From Octopus sinensis (Eukaryota), in assembly GCF_006345805.1 (NCBI RefSeq), contig NC_043026.1, positions 4,960,001 to 5,024,000 of the forward strand: DNA of 64,000 nucleotides, in the 5' to 3' direction. The notes under the pieces were generated by a model that saw nothing but the letters and a program-made list of their open reading frames with translations, was not told the DNA's origin and made no database searches. Both the position numbers and the translations under genes were made by a program. Positions 49,608-62,506 of this stretch are shown piece by piece. How positions within the stretch are numbered: position 1 is the first letter of the stretch; each line of letters starts with the position of its first letter.

Positions 49608-51207
49608 CACAGAAGTGGCTGAGTGGTAAGAAGTTTGCTTCCCAACCACATGGTTCCGGGTTCAGTCCCATTGCGTAGCACCGTTGGGCAAATGTCTTCT
49701 ACTATAGCCTTGGGCCAATCAAAGCTTTGTGTGTGGATTTCATAGATGGAAACTGAAAGAAAACCATCGTACGTATATATATATATATGTATTTGTGTGT
49801 GTGAGTGTTTATCACCCCATCATCGCCTGACAACTGATGGTGGTGTGTTTATGTCCCCATAATTAGCGGTTTGGTAAGCAAAGTTCAATAGAATAATTAC
49901 TAGGCTTACAACGAATAAATCTTGGAGTCGACTTGTTTGACTAAAGGTCGTACTCTAGTATGGCTGCAGTATAAGAATATATATATATGTGTGTGTGTGT
50001 GCATGTGTGTATATATATGTCTGAGGGAAAAAGGAACCATCTTGGATTGGTCCTTTCTTAGTGGAATACTTTACAACCGGTTGTGTTGCATCCCCTGGTG
50101 CAGATGCATCTTATCAGGTGTCTTGTTTTAAAGAAGATACCTCACTAAATATGTTCGGTGTTGAATTGGCAGTTGTGTTGCTTGTAAGATGTGGCAGATG
50201 TATAGAGATATATAATGTTGATTTGTTTATAGCTATACCCATGTGCGCGTGTGTCTATGTGTGTATATGAGTGTATATGTGCACGCACATACGGACACAC
50301 ACGCCGTGTGGGCGTGGCGCGTATTGACATGAGTACGGGATTCTTTACATACGTTCTTTACACATCCTTTAATATCTTATACCTGGACCTAGAGGCGTGG
50401 GCATATACGTTGTGTGTATGTAGTGATGGGCGCGCGTATATACATGTGAGCGTGTACGCGCGTAATGTCCGTGTAATATATGCGGATATTCTGTTGTATG
50501 TATGTGTGTGGGCGCGGGTGTGTACGCGCGTGCGTGTGGGTGCGTGTGTGTTTATGTACGTGTTACACGCGAATGCGTGTGATGCTTATAGGCTTGGAGG
50601 CGTATATGTACGCGTGTATGTGGGGTGTATATATCCATGATGATATGTATGTACTAGAAGTCCATTTAATTCAAGGAACCAGATTAAATGCTCATCAGCT
50701 CTGATTTACAACGCATTAAGTCCCCAGACGAAACTGGTGATGTACTGACAATTCTACAACTAAATTTTATCAATCTCCTGACCACCATGCTTGGTCCATA
50801 ACCTCTATACATCCCTTTATCTTTACATTCTTTTACACTTTTATCATGTTTTATCAGGTTTTTTTTACTTTTATTTCATTTTCTATTTTTACTTTATATT
50901 CTTTATACCCCCCTACATCTCTTACAAACCCTTTATCCTCTACATTTTTATATTTCTATACTTACAAATTTTTATACATTTTTTATCCCTCGTTCCGAAC
51001 TCTTGCCCCTCCATCTTCACCTCTATATATGTATTATTTATTACATTACCTCAACATCCAATTTTCCTCATTCTACATTGAGAGAAGAAAGAGATGGACG
51101 CTTCAACTCTATGCTGCTGCCGCATTATGTTGTACGTGAATGAGAGGATTTGCATCCCCAACAAGAATTTTGATGCTGTAACACATGTCCTTGTGGAAGC
51201 TGTGTGC

Positions 51208-51285
51208 GCGGTGAAGAAGGCCACAGACATAACATTATGCATTGTTATAAATCTGTCTAATAAAGGCCCGAAACATATGTACCGC
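51208..51285 (+). ncRNA. Degenerate hammerhead motif from another Penelope-like family (C3 missing)
   Basis: GCGG-TGAAGA-AGGCC...GGCCC-GAAA-CATATG-TA-CCGC: helix I GCGG/CCGC, palindromic ACATATGT, and inner helix II pairing ACAGA/TCTGT and ATAAC/GTTAT. Confidence 0.5.
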
Positions 51286-51397
51286 TGAATCCTTCGCATC
51301 ATGTTTTTATTTTATTTTGATCAAATTTACTCCCACCACCTACACCACCAAACGGTATACACAGGTGCTTATAATTATCAAGTACTCACCCCGAATT

Positions 51398-51430
<33 letters not shown>

Positions 51431-52674
51431 TATATATATGACAGGCTTCTTTCAGTTTCTGTCTACCAAATCCACTCAGAAGGCATTGGACAGCCTGCCT
51501 GAGGTCATGCAATGGGACTGAACCCACAACCCTGTGGTTGGGAAGCAGGCTTCTTACCACACAGCCATGCCTACACCTATATATAATGTACATATAACGA
51601 TCAGCTCCTCATCATTGAAGCTCCATTCTCCCTGCTGGCATGGGTTGGATGGTTCGATGAGCTGGCATGTCAGAGGGCTGCACTAAGCTTTACTCTCGGC
51701 TTTGCGATGGGTTTCTAAAGCTGGATGGCTTCCTTAATGCCAATCACCACAGAGTGGAACTGGACGCTTTCTACATGGCACCAGCAGGGTCACCGAGTAA
51801 CTTACAAGACATGGCGACCACAACGCGAGCGGAGTTGTGATGTTGGGGCTTTGTGCCAGGTGAGGAGAGTTTTGAGAGCGAAGGGGGGGACCACAAAAAG
51901 GGGTCTGCTGCGGAGGAGATACGCGGCCACTACAGTTGGAAGAGGCACATGGGAGAGAGAGAGTGAGGAGAGAGAGAGAGAGATGGGGACAAAGGTGTGT
52001 CAGGGTGTACCCCCAAGGCCACAGGGGGTGGGGGGAGTTGAATAAAAAGTGGTAGAGGGGTTGAAGACAGGGTGTAGAGAGAAAATGCAGGGGGTGGGAT
52101 ACAGGTGAAGGGGGACTGGGGTTAGGAAGACAAGTCGTGAGGGAGGGTTCATCCAGGACAGATTGTATGCAGGGGCCCCGTAGACATAAACAAACATGGC
52201 TTCAGGGTCTCAATTTACTTAGATGAACAAGTGTGTGCGGTGTGTATATACAATGTGAACATATATATATCATTATATATATATATATACACACACACAC
52301 ATACATACATAATGTATATGTATTTGTGTATATATACATGTATACACACATGCACATACATGTATGGATGCAACGACAAAAGATTGAGACCTTTGCTTGA
52401 GAAGAAGACCCATGAAGCCAAGGAAAATTGTAGCCGTGGCAGATGCTGGTGTCACACAAATGGCACCCGTGCCAGTGGCATGTAAAAGCACCCATTACAC
52501 TTTCAAAGTGGTTGGCATTAGGAAGGGCATCCAGCCATGGCAATCATGCCATAACGAACGTTACATAATGGACAACGGACATTACATTAATGATGATGGT
52601 AATGATACACACACACACACACACACACACTCCCATGGATATACACAAGTACATGGACACATACTTATACATGC

Positions 52675-52713
<39 letters not shown>

Positions 52714-52904
52714 GATATAGATATATAGGAGTAAATCTAAGGATAAGCCAAATGCTTGCCCCTACATTTACTCCTCCACCTGTGCTCAGTTTAAACCCCT
52801 TGAGCATTACAAAGTATATTCTACACGAAGAATATCTGATTCTCATCATACATATGTATGTGTGTGTGTATGGAGTTCTTGGTGCAGAATAATATATTTG
52901 AGAA

Positions 52905-53282
52905 AATGAGTAGAGATGGCTTTGTGGGGGAATAATTTTTATTTTAATGGTATGTTTACAGTTACTCCAAAGAGTTTCCAGCTTTTCAATAGCCATTTTC
53001 AAACTGAAATTCTGGGGTTTAGAAGGTTGTTTATAGAGCAAAAGATTTTTTTTTTATAAGAATATGAATAAAAATTAAAAAATATATAAAAAACATGATA
53101 TAAAAAATGATATAAAAACAATAATAAAAGAAAACAAAAAGTACAACAACAGTGAAAAAGAAAGAAAAAGGGTGGAAAGGAAAAGAGTAAGAGGCTGTAT
53201 ATGTATGTGTGTGTATATATATATATAATATATATATATGTATGCATATAATTGCTATATATATCTGTGCATATGTGTGTGT

Positions 53283-53316
<34 letters not shown>

Positions 53317-53888
53317 CATATACACTATATATACACATGTGTATGTGTGTATGCATATATGTAATCTATGCGGGTGTATGTGTGTGGATATTTGTCCATA
53401 TACGTGTGCATGTGGGTGTATGTGCAAATGTATGTGTGTGTGGATGTAAGGTGTGTATATGTGTGTGTCTTGTGTGTGTGGTGTGTGAGTAAATAAGGAC
53501 ACACCATACCAACTGTGAATGATGAATAAAATGACCTCAAATCAAAGATTCACAAAGGTCATCTTCACAAGAACCCAACATCTTTGACCACTCCTAAGAA
53601 TATTCCGTCCTTTATTCCTCATAGACTAATCTCTTCTCCCTACCATTTCCAGCTACTTTTGTCTTCTTCCTCTTACTCTTACCTTTTATCATTGCTTTTA
53701 TATTTTTGTTTTCTGTTTTAGTTTTTAGTTTTTTATATTACTACTTTGAGAAAAAAAATCAATTGCTATATAAGCAACCTTCTAAACCCCAGAATTTCAG
53801 TTTGAAAAGCCTGAAACTCTTTAGAGTAACTGTAAACATTACCATTAAAATAAAAATTATTCCCCTCCAAAAACGATCTCTACTCATT
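52905..53888. repeat. Diverged inverted repeat (arms ~52905-53194 and ~53669-53888)
   Basis: CAACCTTCTAAACCCCAGAATTTCAGTTTGAAAA...ATCTCTACTCATT is present in both orientations; ORF-track entries 52544(-) and 53706(+) share LYKQPSKPQNFSLK. Confidence 0.8.
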
Positions 53889-53945
53889 ATATATATATAT
53901 ATACATATATAAGTATGTATGTATATTATATATATATATATATAT

Positions 53946-56900
53946 GTCAGGTCACCTTCGAGTGCTACTCGGTAACATGTAACCCAGTACAAACCTGTTG
54001 CATGGTCGGGTCGTCGGCGACTAATCGGCAACCCCATCAAGCTTGCTTGGTGAGGAGGGTGTTTATTGGACACCCTGGGAATGAAAAACAAAAACCGTCA
54101 AAGGGCGGAGGACCTCTGAGAGTCAACGGCCACCCAATAATGTTAGCACGGGTACGTAGAAATTCCGGGGTGGTGTCCGGCGTGCTGAAAGACCACTGGA
54201 GTGAAGGCCCCTCAGCTTTTGTTAAACCACGTCTCTAGGAGAAGGTCACTCTGATATAAAACCAGATATGCAGGGAATGGCATTGAACATTTTGGGGATC
54301 TTTGGTTGTGCTAGAGATCACGGCGCTCCCACATCCCTGAGCCTGCGACTCATATTGGCACCAGACATCTTGCTCCGCTTGTTCTGGATAATGTCAATAG
54401 AGTAGAGAGGGTCTATGAGGTGTGTGCAAGCCTTATTGGACCTAAAACTCTGCATGCACAGGCATTGCCGACCTCCTCTTTTTTTTTTTATATATATATG
54501 TATCTTATTTTTAGTATATATTTTCTTCATTTTTTTTTTTTATTCGGAAGTCCTGCGGCGATGGGAAGTGGTGAAGCATGCAGACCTGACGGGTGGAAGC
54601 ATGTAGTCAGCGACCTGCACGTAGGCGGCCATGCCAGATATAAAGTCGTCTCCTTGTCGCCCAAGACAGCGGTAGGATTAGGTTGCTGCAGGGTGTCTGA
54701 GCAGCTCCATTTGGAGAGGGCACTGCTCACTCGGAGACCAGGGAGGTTCTAGAAAAGGTGAACCAAAAATTGCCTGTCTTTCCATATCTGGTCAGTTTAG
54801 CGCGACTGACGGATGTCCATTCTACGCTCGAAAAACAAAGAGTCTTTTATCTATAAAATCTGGACGGAACTTAAACATTTCATGTTGGAATATGCGTACT
54901 CTGTTGGACAACAAGAATGTTTGCAGGCCTGAAAGACGCACTGCACTTGTTGCTCGTGAGCTGAACCATTATAAAATTGATATAGCTGCACTCTCAGAGA
55001 CTCGTATAGAAGGTGATGGTCAGCTTGAGGAAGTAGGAGGCGGATACACCTTTTTTAGGAAATGAAGGCAGAAGGAGGAGCGCAGAGAGGCTGGTGTTTG
55101 TTTTGCAGTCCGATCTGATATCCTAAAGAAGTTGGAAGAGCTCCCTGTTCCTATAAATGAACGTATAATGACCCTACGGTTGCACTTGAAAGGTAACGGT
55201 TTGCTACTCTAATAAGTGCCTATGCACCTACTTTGACTAGCTGTGATGAAGATAAAATAATCTGTTATACCAGCTGAGAGCCATACTTAGAAAAATCCCC
55301 AATTCTGATAAAGTCATTCTACTGGGGGATTTTAATGGCGAGTGTAGGAACAGACTGGCAAACATGGAACTCTCTAGGACGTTTGGTGTAGGAAAATGAA
55401 TAGCAATGGTCTCATGCTACTGGAGGAGCTTTGCGAAGAACATGGACTTTACATTACAAGTACTCATTTTGCGCACAAAAGTGATCACACAACAACATGG
55501 ATGCATCCAAGGTCCAAAGTTTGGCACTTGCTGGATTATGTCATCATCCGCAAGCGCGACATTTATGACATTTGTAATGTCAAGTCCTTGCATAGATCAG
55601 AATGCTGGACGGACCACAGTCTGGTGCGAGCAAAGTTCCGAATGGTGATTAGGGCGAAAGAGAGAAGAGGACCAGTCAGCATTCCTCGCCGTCTAAATGT
55701 CCACGAGGTATATGACATTGTGGTTAGGAAAGAGCTTCAGACTCACTTGTCCAGCATTGAAACTGCTGCAGGATGGGAAGATTTTCGAGACCAGGTTGTT
55801 CAATGTGCAGCCGAAACACTGGGGCATGTTACTGCCAGACACAGAGACTGGTTTGATGAGAATGATGCTGAAATTCAACGACTATTAGTGATGAAGCGCC
55901 ATGCCCACAGTGTGTTGCTGCACAGAGAACTGTCTACTGTGCAGTGAAGTCTAGCACTTGCCCACTATAACAGTGTAAAATCACTACTGCAGCGATCTCT
56001 CAGGAAGATGCAGAACACTTGGTGGGAGGATCTTGCTCGTGATGTTCAGGCTGCTGCTGATGCAAATGACAGCAAGAAGCTTTACCATCTTATGAAGCGA
56101 GATTATGGACCTAAGAGCTCCACATCAGCTCCTTTGCTTTCCAAGGAGTCTTCCACTCAGTTTACTAAATCAACAGAAATCACAGGTCGCTGGATCGAAC
56201 ACTTCTCTGAACTCTTAAACCATGAGTCAGTTGTGGACGAAACAGTGATTGATACTATAAAACAAAGACCTATCATTGACTCCTTAGACTCCTCGCCATC
56301 AATACATGAAGTAATGACATCAATAAGTAAATTGAATCTTGGTAGAGCACCTGGAAAGGATGGAATTTGTGCTGAGGTCTTGCGATTTGGTGGTAATTGC
56401 ATCACACAGTCCCTTCATGAACTTATTAGTGCAGTCTGGAGGGATGGTGCAATCCCTAAGGACTGGAAGGATGCAATTATTCTTCCTCTATATAAAGGAA
56501 AAGGAGCCAGAACAATGCGTGGTAACTACAGAGGTATTGCTCTACTATCAGCTGCTGGCAAGGTTCTGGCAAATATTCTTCTTACCTGTCTGAATAGGTG
56601 TCTCGTAAGTGATGTCCTATCTGAATCTCAATGTGGCTTCCGATCTGGTAGAGGGACAATGGATATGATTTTCACAGCAAGACAGATGCAGGAGAAGTGC
56701 TATGAGCAGAATATGGATCTTGTCCAGGTATTCATTGATTTAACTAAGGCCTTTGATACTGTAAATAGGGCCTTTCTATGGAAAATACTTGGCAAACTTG
56801 GATGTGCGGATCACTTTGTATCTATAATTGAATCATTTCATGATGGGATGGAGGCTTGGGTCAATGTTGGTGGTGCCATGGCGGGACCCATTCCTGTAGA

Positions 56901-57521
56901 GAATGGTGTTAAGCAGGGTGACATCCTTGCCCCAACTCTCTTTTCTTTGTACTTTGCTGCTACTTTTACTCATGCTTTTGCTAAGGTTAGCTCTCTGGGG
57001 ATATATGTCAGATATCGATCTTCTGGCCGCCTCTTTAATCTTCGCCGATTTGCTGCCAATTCAAAGGTTTCCCAGTCTATTATTCGTGACCTCCTTTATG
57101 CAGATGACTGTGACTTAGTCACTCATACAGTGGATGACATGCAAATACTCATGAATTGCATTTCTGCTTCTTGCAGGGCATTTGGACTCAGCATTAGCCT
57201 GGACAAGACTGTTGTAATGTTCCAGCCTGCACCAGGAAATCCATATATAGAACCAGCTATCTTGGTTGAAGGAACAATTCTGAAGGTTGTAGACAAGTTT
57301 ATCTACCTGGGGAGCACACTCAGCCGTTCTTGCTCCCTGGATGAGGAAATATCTTTCAGGTTGCAGAGAGCAACAAATTCCTTCCGGTCTCTTCAGTCTT
57401 GTGTCTGATCCCAACATGGCATCGCAAGGAGAACAAAAGTTGCTGTGTACCGTGCTTGTGTACTGACATCGCTTCTCTACTCATGTGAGACATGGACTCT
57501 GTACAAACGTCAGATAAGGGT
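53946..57521 (+). mobile_element. Near full-length BovB-like RTE LINE (5' UTR, AP endonuclease, RT); inactivated, and 3' end lost in the gap
   Basis: NISCWNMRTLLD...IAALSETR, TWMHPRSKVWHLLDY, RSECWTDH, APGKDGI, NYRGIALL, QCGFR, FIDLTKAFD, GVKQGDILAP, LYADD, FIYLGS, LLYSCETW; stops at ~55062, 55945 and 57406. Confidence 0.95.
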
Positions 57522-57621
57522 NNNNNNNNNNNNNNNNNNNNNNNNNNNNNNNNNNNNNNNNNNNNNNNNNNNNNNNNNNNNNNNNNNNNNNNNNNNNNNN
57601 NNNNNNNNNNNNNNNNNNNNN
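57522..57621. other. Assembly gap (100 N)
   Basis: Run of exactly 100 N; a round-number size typical of scaffolding placeholders. Confidence 0.99.
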
Positions 57622-57723
57622 CATCAGACCAACACCATCTTGCCACACACAATAGCGAAATGTACATATTATAACACCGTAGCGTATTATGGAGAGAAGG
57701 AGAGAGATGATACATTGATAGAT

Positions 57724-57757
<34 letters not shown>

Positions 57758-57845
57758 CAGACAGTCAAATATATAGACTGTAAGAGAGGTAGATAGAAAG
57801 AGAAAAGAGGGAGAGAGAGAGAAACAAGCACACAAATGCAGACAG

Positions 57846-57896
<51 letters not shown>

Positions 57897-58045
57897 CAGA
57901 TAGAAAAACAGACAGACATACACTTAGTCTGAGAGATAGATTCCGTATATACATCAGTCTCTCTACTTTATATTTCTCTCTCTATATATGTATATAGATA
58001 TTCATACACATCCACATATACAAGGAAATAACCAAGAAATACAAA

Positions 58046-60397
58046 GTGGTACCTTCTAGTACACTTAGAAAACTGAACCTGGAGATCAGGGAAATCATAT
58101 TTGACTACTACCTAGAAGAAAAAACGGAACCCTACACCCCATCTAGACCGAGAATTACACTAAAGGATCATAAAGAGAATTTTCTTGGAAACACACAGGT
58201 CAGATTAATTTGCCCCACTAAATCTGACTTAGGCAGACTAAGTAAACTCATTCTGGATAAATACCTACCCACCATCCGCAATAAAATCAAACTAAACCTT
58301 TGGAAGAATACTCAGGGTGCTTTGGATTGGTTTTCTGCCATTAAGGTCTGTGACAGTAACAACTTTAGCTATAATAGAAATAAATTTATACAATTCGATA
58401 TACAGAATTATTACAATTCCATTAACCCTATTATATTAAATAAGTCCTTAATTTTTGCTAGAAAACACACTAAATTAAGTATGGGGGAGATTAAGGTTAT
58501 ACTAACAGCCAGGAAAACTTTAATAGAGTTTGACAATAAACTTTGGGCTAGAAAGGACACACCCAACTTGTTCGATATCACAATGGGATCGCCGGACTCA
58601 GCGGAGGTGACTGATCTAGTTGGGATGTATCTATTAGATAACTTTAGTAGGGAATTCCCTGAATTGAAAGGTGGATTATACAGGGATGACGCCTTATTTT
58701 GTGTTAGGAATACATCAAATAGGAGATTAGATCTTCTGAAAAAAAGAATAAATAAATTTTTTAAAAGCTTCGGCCTATCCATTATCATTGAAAGTGAAAA
58801 CTATTCTGCAAATTATTTAGATGTTAATTGTAATATTACTAATGGTTTACATGAACCCTATATTAAACCTAATTCTAACCTAATATACATTAACCGTTCA
58901 AGTAATCACCCCCCTCAAATTAAAAATGCACTAGTGAGGAGCATTAGTCAGAGAATTTCTAGTTTATCCTCAAACGAGGAAATTTTTAACAAACACTGTG
59001 ATAGATACAATGCAGCATTGCTTAAGGCAGGATATAAAAGTAAGATTTGGTTTATACCTAAGGGGAACCCCCCTAATGGAGGTAGAACTATCAGGAACAA
59101 CATAAATAGATTTAGGATATTCAACAATATGCATAAGAATTGTAAAAATGGAATATATGATAACACCTATAATAAATGTAGAAGTGATGTTAACCTTGGA
59201 AAGGTGAACGGTAGCTCAAATAGATCTAAACATACGGGTAATAGTAGGAATATTAATAATAATATACGAATTAAAACTTATGGTAGACATGATAATGGTA
59301 AAGTTTACTTGCGCAATAACCATGGTAATATTGATATAGATAGATATAACAATGACAGTGGTAAGAATAGTAATCCTATGAGTTGGTCTACAAATAGGAT
59401 TTTTACAAATAACATTAATTCTATAGGCAATCCTAATTCTGATAAGGATACTCTTTGGTTGATTATCCCATATGCAATGCAGATTAAAACAAACATAGTG
59501 AGAGCTTTGCATAATGTTATTTTTAGGCATTTTGGTAAGGATAAGAATAAATTTAGTCCTTTAATTAACAACGGTACTGTTAGAGTGGGATATAGCATTA
59601 CTCATAATCTAGCCACCATTATCTCCTCTTTTAATAACAAGAAACTGGATCACTTCTATAAGGATAGAAAATTGAATTTAGACCAGGAAAACTTGCCCCT
59701 CTTCATTAATAATAGGAATAGAAACTTTCTTGGAACAAATGGGAACAACCTCCTTACTAATAATGAGTGCAATATACCTGTCAGAGATAATATAAATGAA
59801 ATAGATCATACTACTACTACCAATACTAGTACTAGTGATAGGAATATAGCCGATAATGTGAAATTAACTCATTCGTTGATTTTGGGTTTGGATGATGATA
59901 ACAATTGTAACACTTATAATGTGAATAGTAGTATAGGGGTGTTGTCCAACTTCAGATTTCCTCATTCTGTTAATCTTTGTAATTTCAGAAATAAAAATAA
60001 ATGTGTATTTGGTAATCAATGCCTCAGGAAGGAGGTAGTTTACCAATGCACTGTAGATACGCAATTGAGTAGTAGGGTGTATATCGGGGCAACTATGAAT
60101 AGCATAAAACAAAGATGGAATTATCACAGATATACTTTTAGGAATAAAAATAGAATGTACTCTACAGGGCTAAGTGCATACATATGGGAGCTTAAAAATA
60201 AGAACTTAGATTTTAGATTAAACTGGAAAATACTAACTTCAGCACCTGTGTATAATGGAAAAAATAAAAAATGCTCTCTATGTATTAATGAAATTTTCTT
60301 CATTATTAAAGCGGGTCGGCAAATTATTAACAACATTAATGAAAAAAACTTCTTTTGTATTCATAGGCTACCGTTCACCTTTTCTAGATTCAAATAG
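58046..60397 (+). CDS. Penelope-like RT plus C-terminal GIY-YIG endonuclease (783 aa, N-terminally truncated, uninterrupted)
   Basis: ITLKDHKENF, RLICPTKSDLG, FIQFDIQNYY, FDITMGSPDSAEV, GGLYRDD, YRINRSSNHPP-like YINRSSNHPP, VVYQCTV...VYIGATMNSIKQRWNYHR...LSAYIW...CSLC. Confidence 0.93.
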   Translation: MVPSSTLRKLNLEIREIIFDYYLEEKTEPYTPSRPRITLKDHKENFLGNTQVRLICPTKSDLGRLSKLILDKYLPTIRNKIKLNLWKNTQGALDWFSAIKVCDSNNFSYNRNKFIQFDIQNYYNSINPIILNKSLIFARKHTKLSMGEIKVILTARKTLIEFDNKLWARKDTPNLFDITMGSPDSAEVTDLVGMYLLDNFSREFPELKGGLYRDDALFCVRNTSNRRLDLLKKRINKFFKSFGLSIIIESENYSANYLDVNCNITNGLHEPYIKPNSNLIYINRSSNHPPQIKNALVRSISQRISSLSSNEEIFNKHCDRYNAALLKAGYKSKIWFIPKGNPPNGGRTIRNNINRFRIFNNMHKNCKNGIYDNTYNKCRSDVNLGKVNGSSNRSKHTGNSRNINNNIRIKTYGRHDNGKVYLRNNHGNIDIDRYNNDSGKNSNPMSWSTNRIFTNNINSIGNPNSDKDTLWLIIPYAMQIKTNIVRALHNVIFRHFGKDKNKFSPLINNGTVRVGYSITHNLATIISSFNNKKLDHFYKDRKLNLDQENLPLFINNRNRNFLGTNGNNLLTNNECNIPVRDNINEIDHTTTTNTSTSDRNIADNVKLTHSLILGLDDDNNCNTYNVNSSIGVLSNFRFPHSVNLCNFRNKNKCVFGNQCLRKEVVYQCTVDTQLSSRVYIGATMNSIKQRWNYHRYTFRNKNRMYSTGLSAYIWELKNKNLDFRLNWKILTSAPVYNGKNKKCSLCINEIFFIIKAGRQIINNINEKNFFCIHRLPFTFSRFK

Positions 60398-62107
60398 AAC
60401 TTAGCACTTCCACTATTATTAATTTTTTAACACCCTTCTTTAACTAAATATACCGGTGGTCTTCTATAATTTCTAAAGTATACAATTTATATATTTTACA
60501 ATTTTATAATTTTTATAGCTACATTTGTATAATAATTAATGGATGTGTCTAGTATTATTGGTTTCTTGTTTTTTGTATGTGGGTTTTTGTTTGTTTTTTA
60601 AGAGAATTGCAATGTGACATAAAATAACATATTCATTTTGGTACTTGCCTTGTAATGTGTGATTTTTGAAGTTTTCTAATATTGCATAGTATATTGCATA
60701 GTATATATATACATCTTGGGTAGATACCTAGCTCTGGATAATGTAATGATATTATATAATATGTAATATATGAGAGCCTTTTGTGAGTTTGGTGGGTTTA
60801 GGTTGAGATTATAGGTTTTTTGTATGTGTTTATTTAGAAGGTTTTTATTGTATATTTGGTCTTTCTGTACTCACCTTAATTTGTATCTTATGCTACTCAC
60901 TGATAAACCTTTTTCATTTTTTTCATTTTCTCATTTACATGCATTATGCTTTATAATTATTACCAGCCTCATATATTTAGTTTATATATATATTCTGGAT
61001 CTGTACTTTAAACTATCCTTCCATACATATTTACTTTCAACAATATAACATATATATTCACTCTATTTATTATTTTTATTTATTTTCCATTTTATTGTAA
61101 TATTATCAATTTTTGCTTCTAGTCTTCTATTTATTTATTTATTTGCCTATTTAAGTGTAGATGTTTACATACATATCAAGTCATATAATTTGCTACCTAT
61201 TTATTTTTACTTATTTAATTATACTTGGGTAGTTTTATACATACATATCTATCATTTATTTTTATTTAATTTTAATAATATATGAATACATATATACTGG
61301 TTTGTACTTATAATTATGTGTATAACAGTATTTATTCCTTCGTATTTATTCCTTCTTATTTATTTTATCTCTCTTCATCTTAAATCTTTATAATATAAAA
61401 TTTATTTAAAATTTCTATGTTGTTCTCATAAGCGTTTACATTAATACTTCCCCTTCTATTCTTTAATGCCTAAACTGGTATATTATGGCACTATATTTAT
61501 TAAGTTAATAAGTGGCTTATTTATAATATTTAAATTAATATATATTTTATATTTTATTTTATAATTTAGCGTACTTAAAACCATAACAAACTTACGATAA
61601 ATCTAACAACCGTATGTTTTACTCTGCAACAAACCGGTGTTATAAATTTTAAGTTACCCATGAAATAAGTATCTGACTTAGTAACATACTGATATTTAAA
61701 AATATATTTATATCTAAATTAAATATTCTATGGAATGCATGGATGGTTCTTCTTTTATTATTGAGGCATATTATAATTTTGAAGGACTAAATTGTAGCAT
61801 AGTTGCTTCCCTTTTTGTTTATCTATGTGCTAGTTGTTGCTTGGAATTATGTATGTGTATAAGTGTATGCATATACATATTACTATGTGTGTATGTGCGA
61901 TTGATCTGTAGATGCGTGTGTGAATATTGGCGTTCCCTGACTAACCAACCGTATAATTTTCTTTTGTGATTTAAATTTCAAACCTATAGCCATTAGAATT
62001 AATCTATTTTTTCTTTACCTAGTGGTCAGCATTTCTTAACTCATAGTTATTTCGATCTTGTAAGGATGGACTTGGTGCTAACTTAACTGTATCTATTTTT
62101 TATTATA

Positions 62108-62159
<52 letters not shown>

Positions 62160-62506
62160 AGTAATTTTTATTAACTTTTATAGCTTTAGTATCTTATGAA
62201 CTATACCACGGATTTATTTATTATTTTCCATCTCCATATATGTTAGCCTTTTTTTTTTTTTATATATAAAAAACTACTAGCCAAATATGTATAATATCGG
62301 TACTTATTGATATTAATATATACACTATTATATATTTTGTTTTATTTTGTTCTGTTTGCTTTCCTTTTTTGTACAAATGTGTAGTATATTATATAAGTGT
62401 AGCTTTATGATGTATAAGTTTTTATATTTTATTTTTTTATATTTTTATATTTATATGTATATGATTGTATAATATTTTTCACTATTATAACAAATTTAAT
62501 TTAATT

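Noticed and set aside
50660-50750. CTCATCAG and GACGAAAC near each other
   Set aside because: The two hammerhead half-cores lie on opposite strands, so no complete motif forms.
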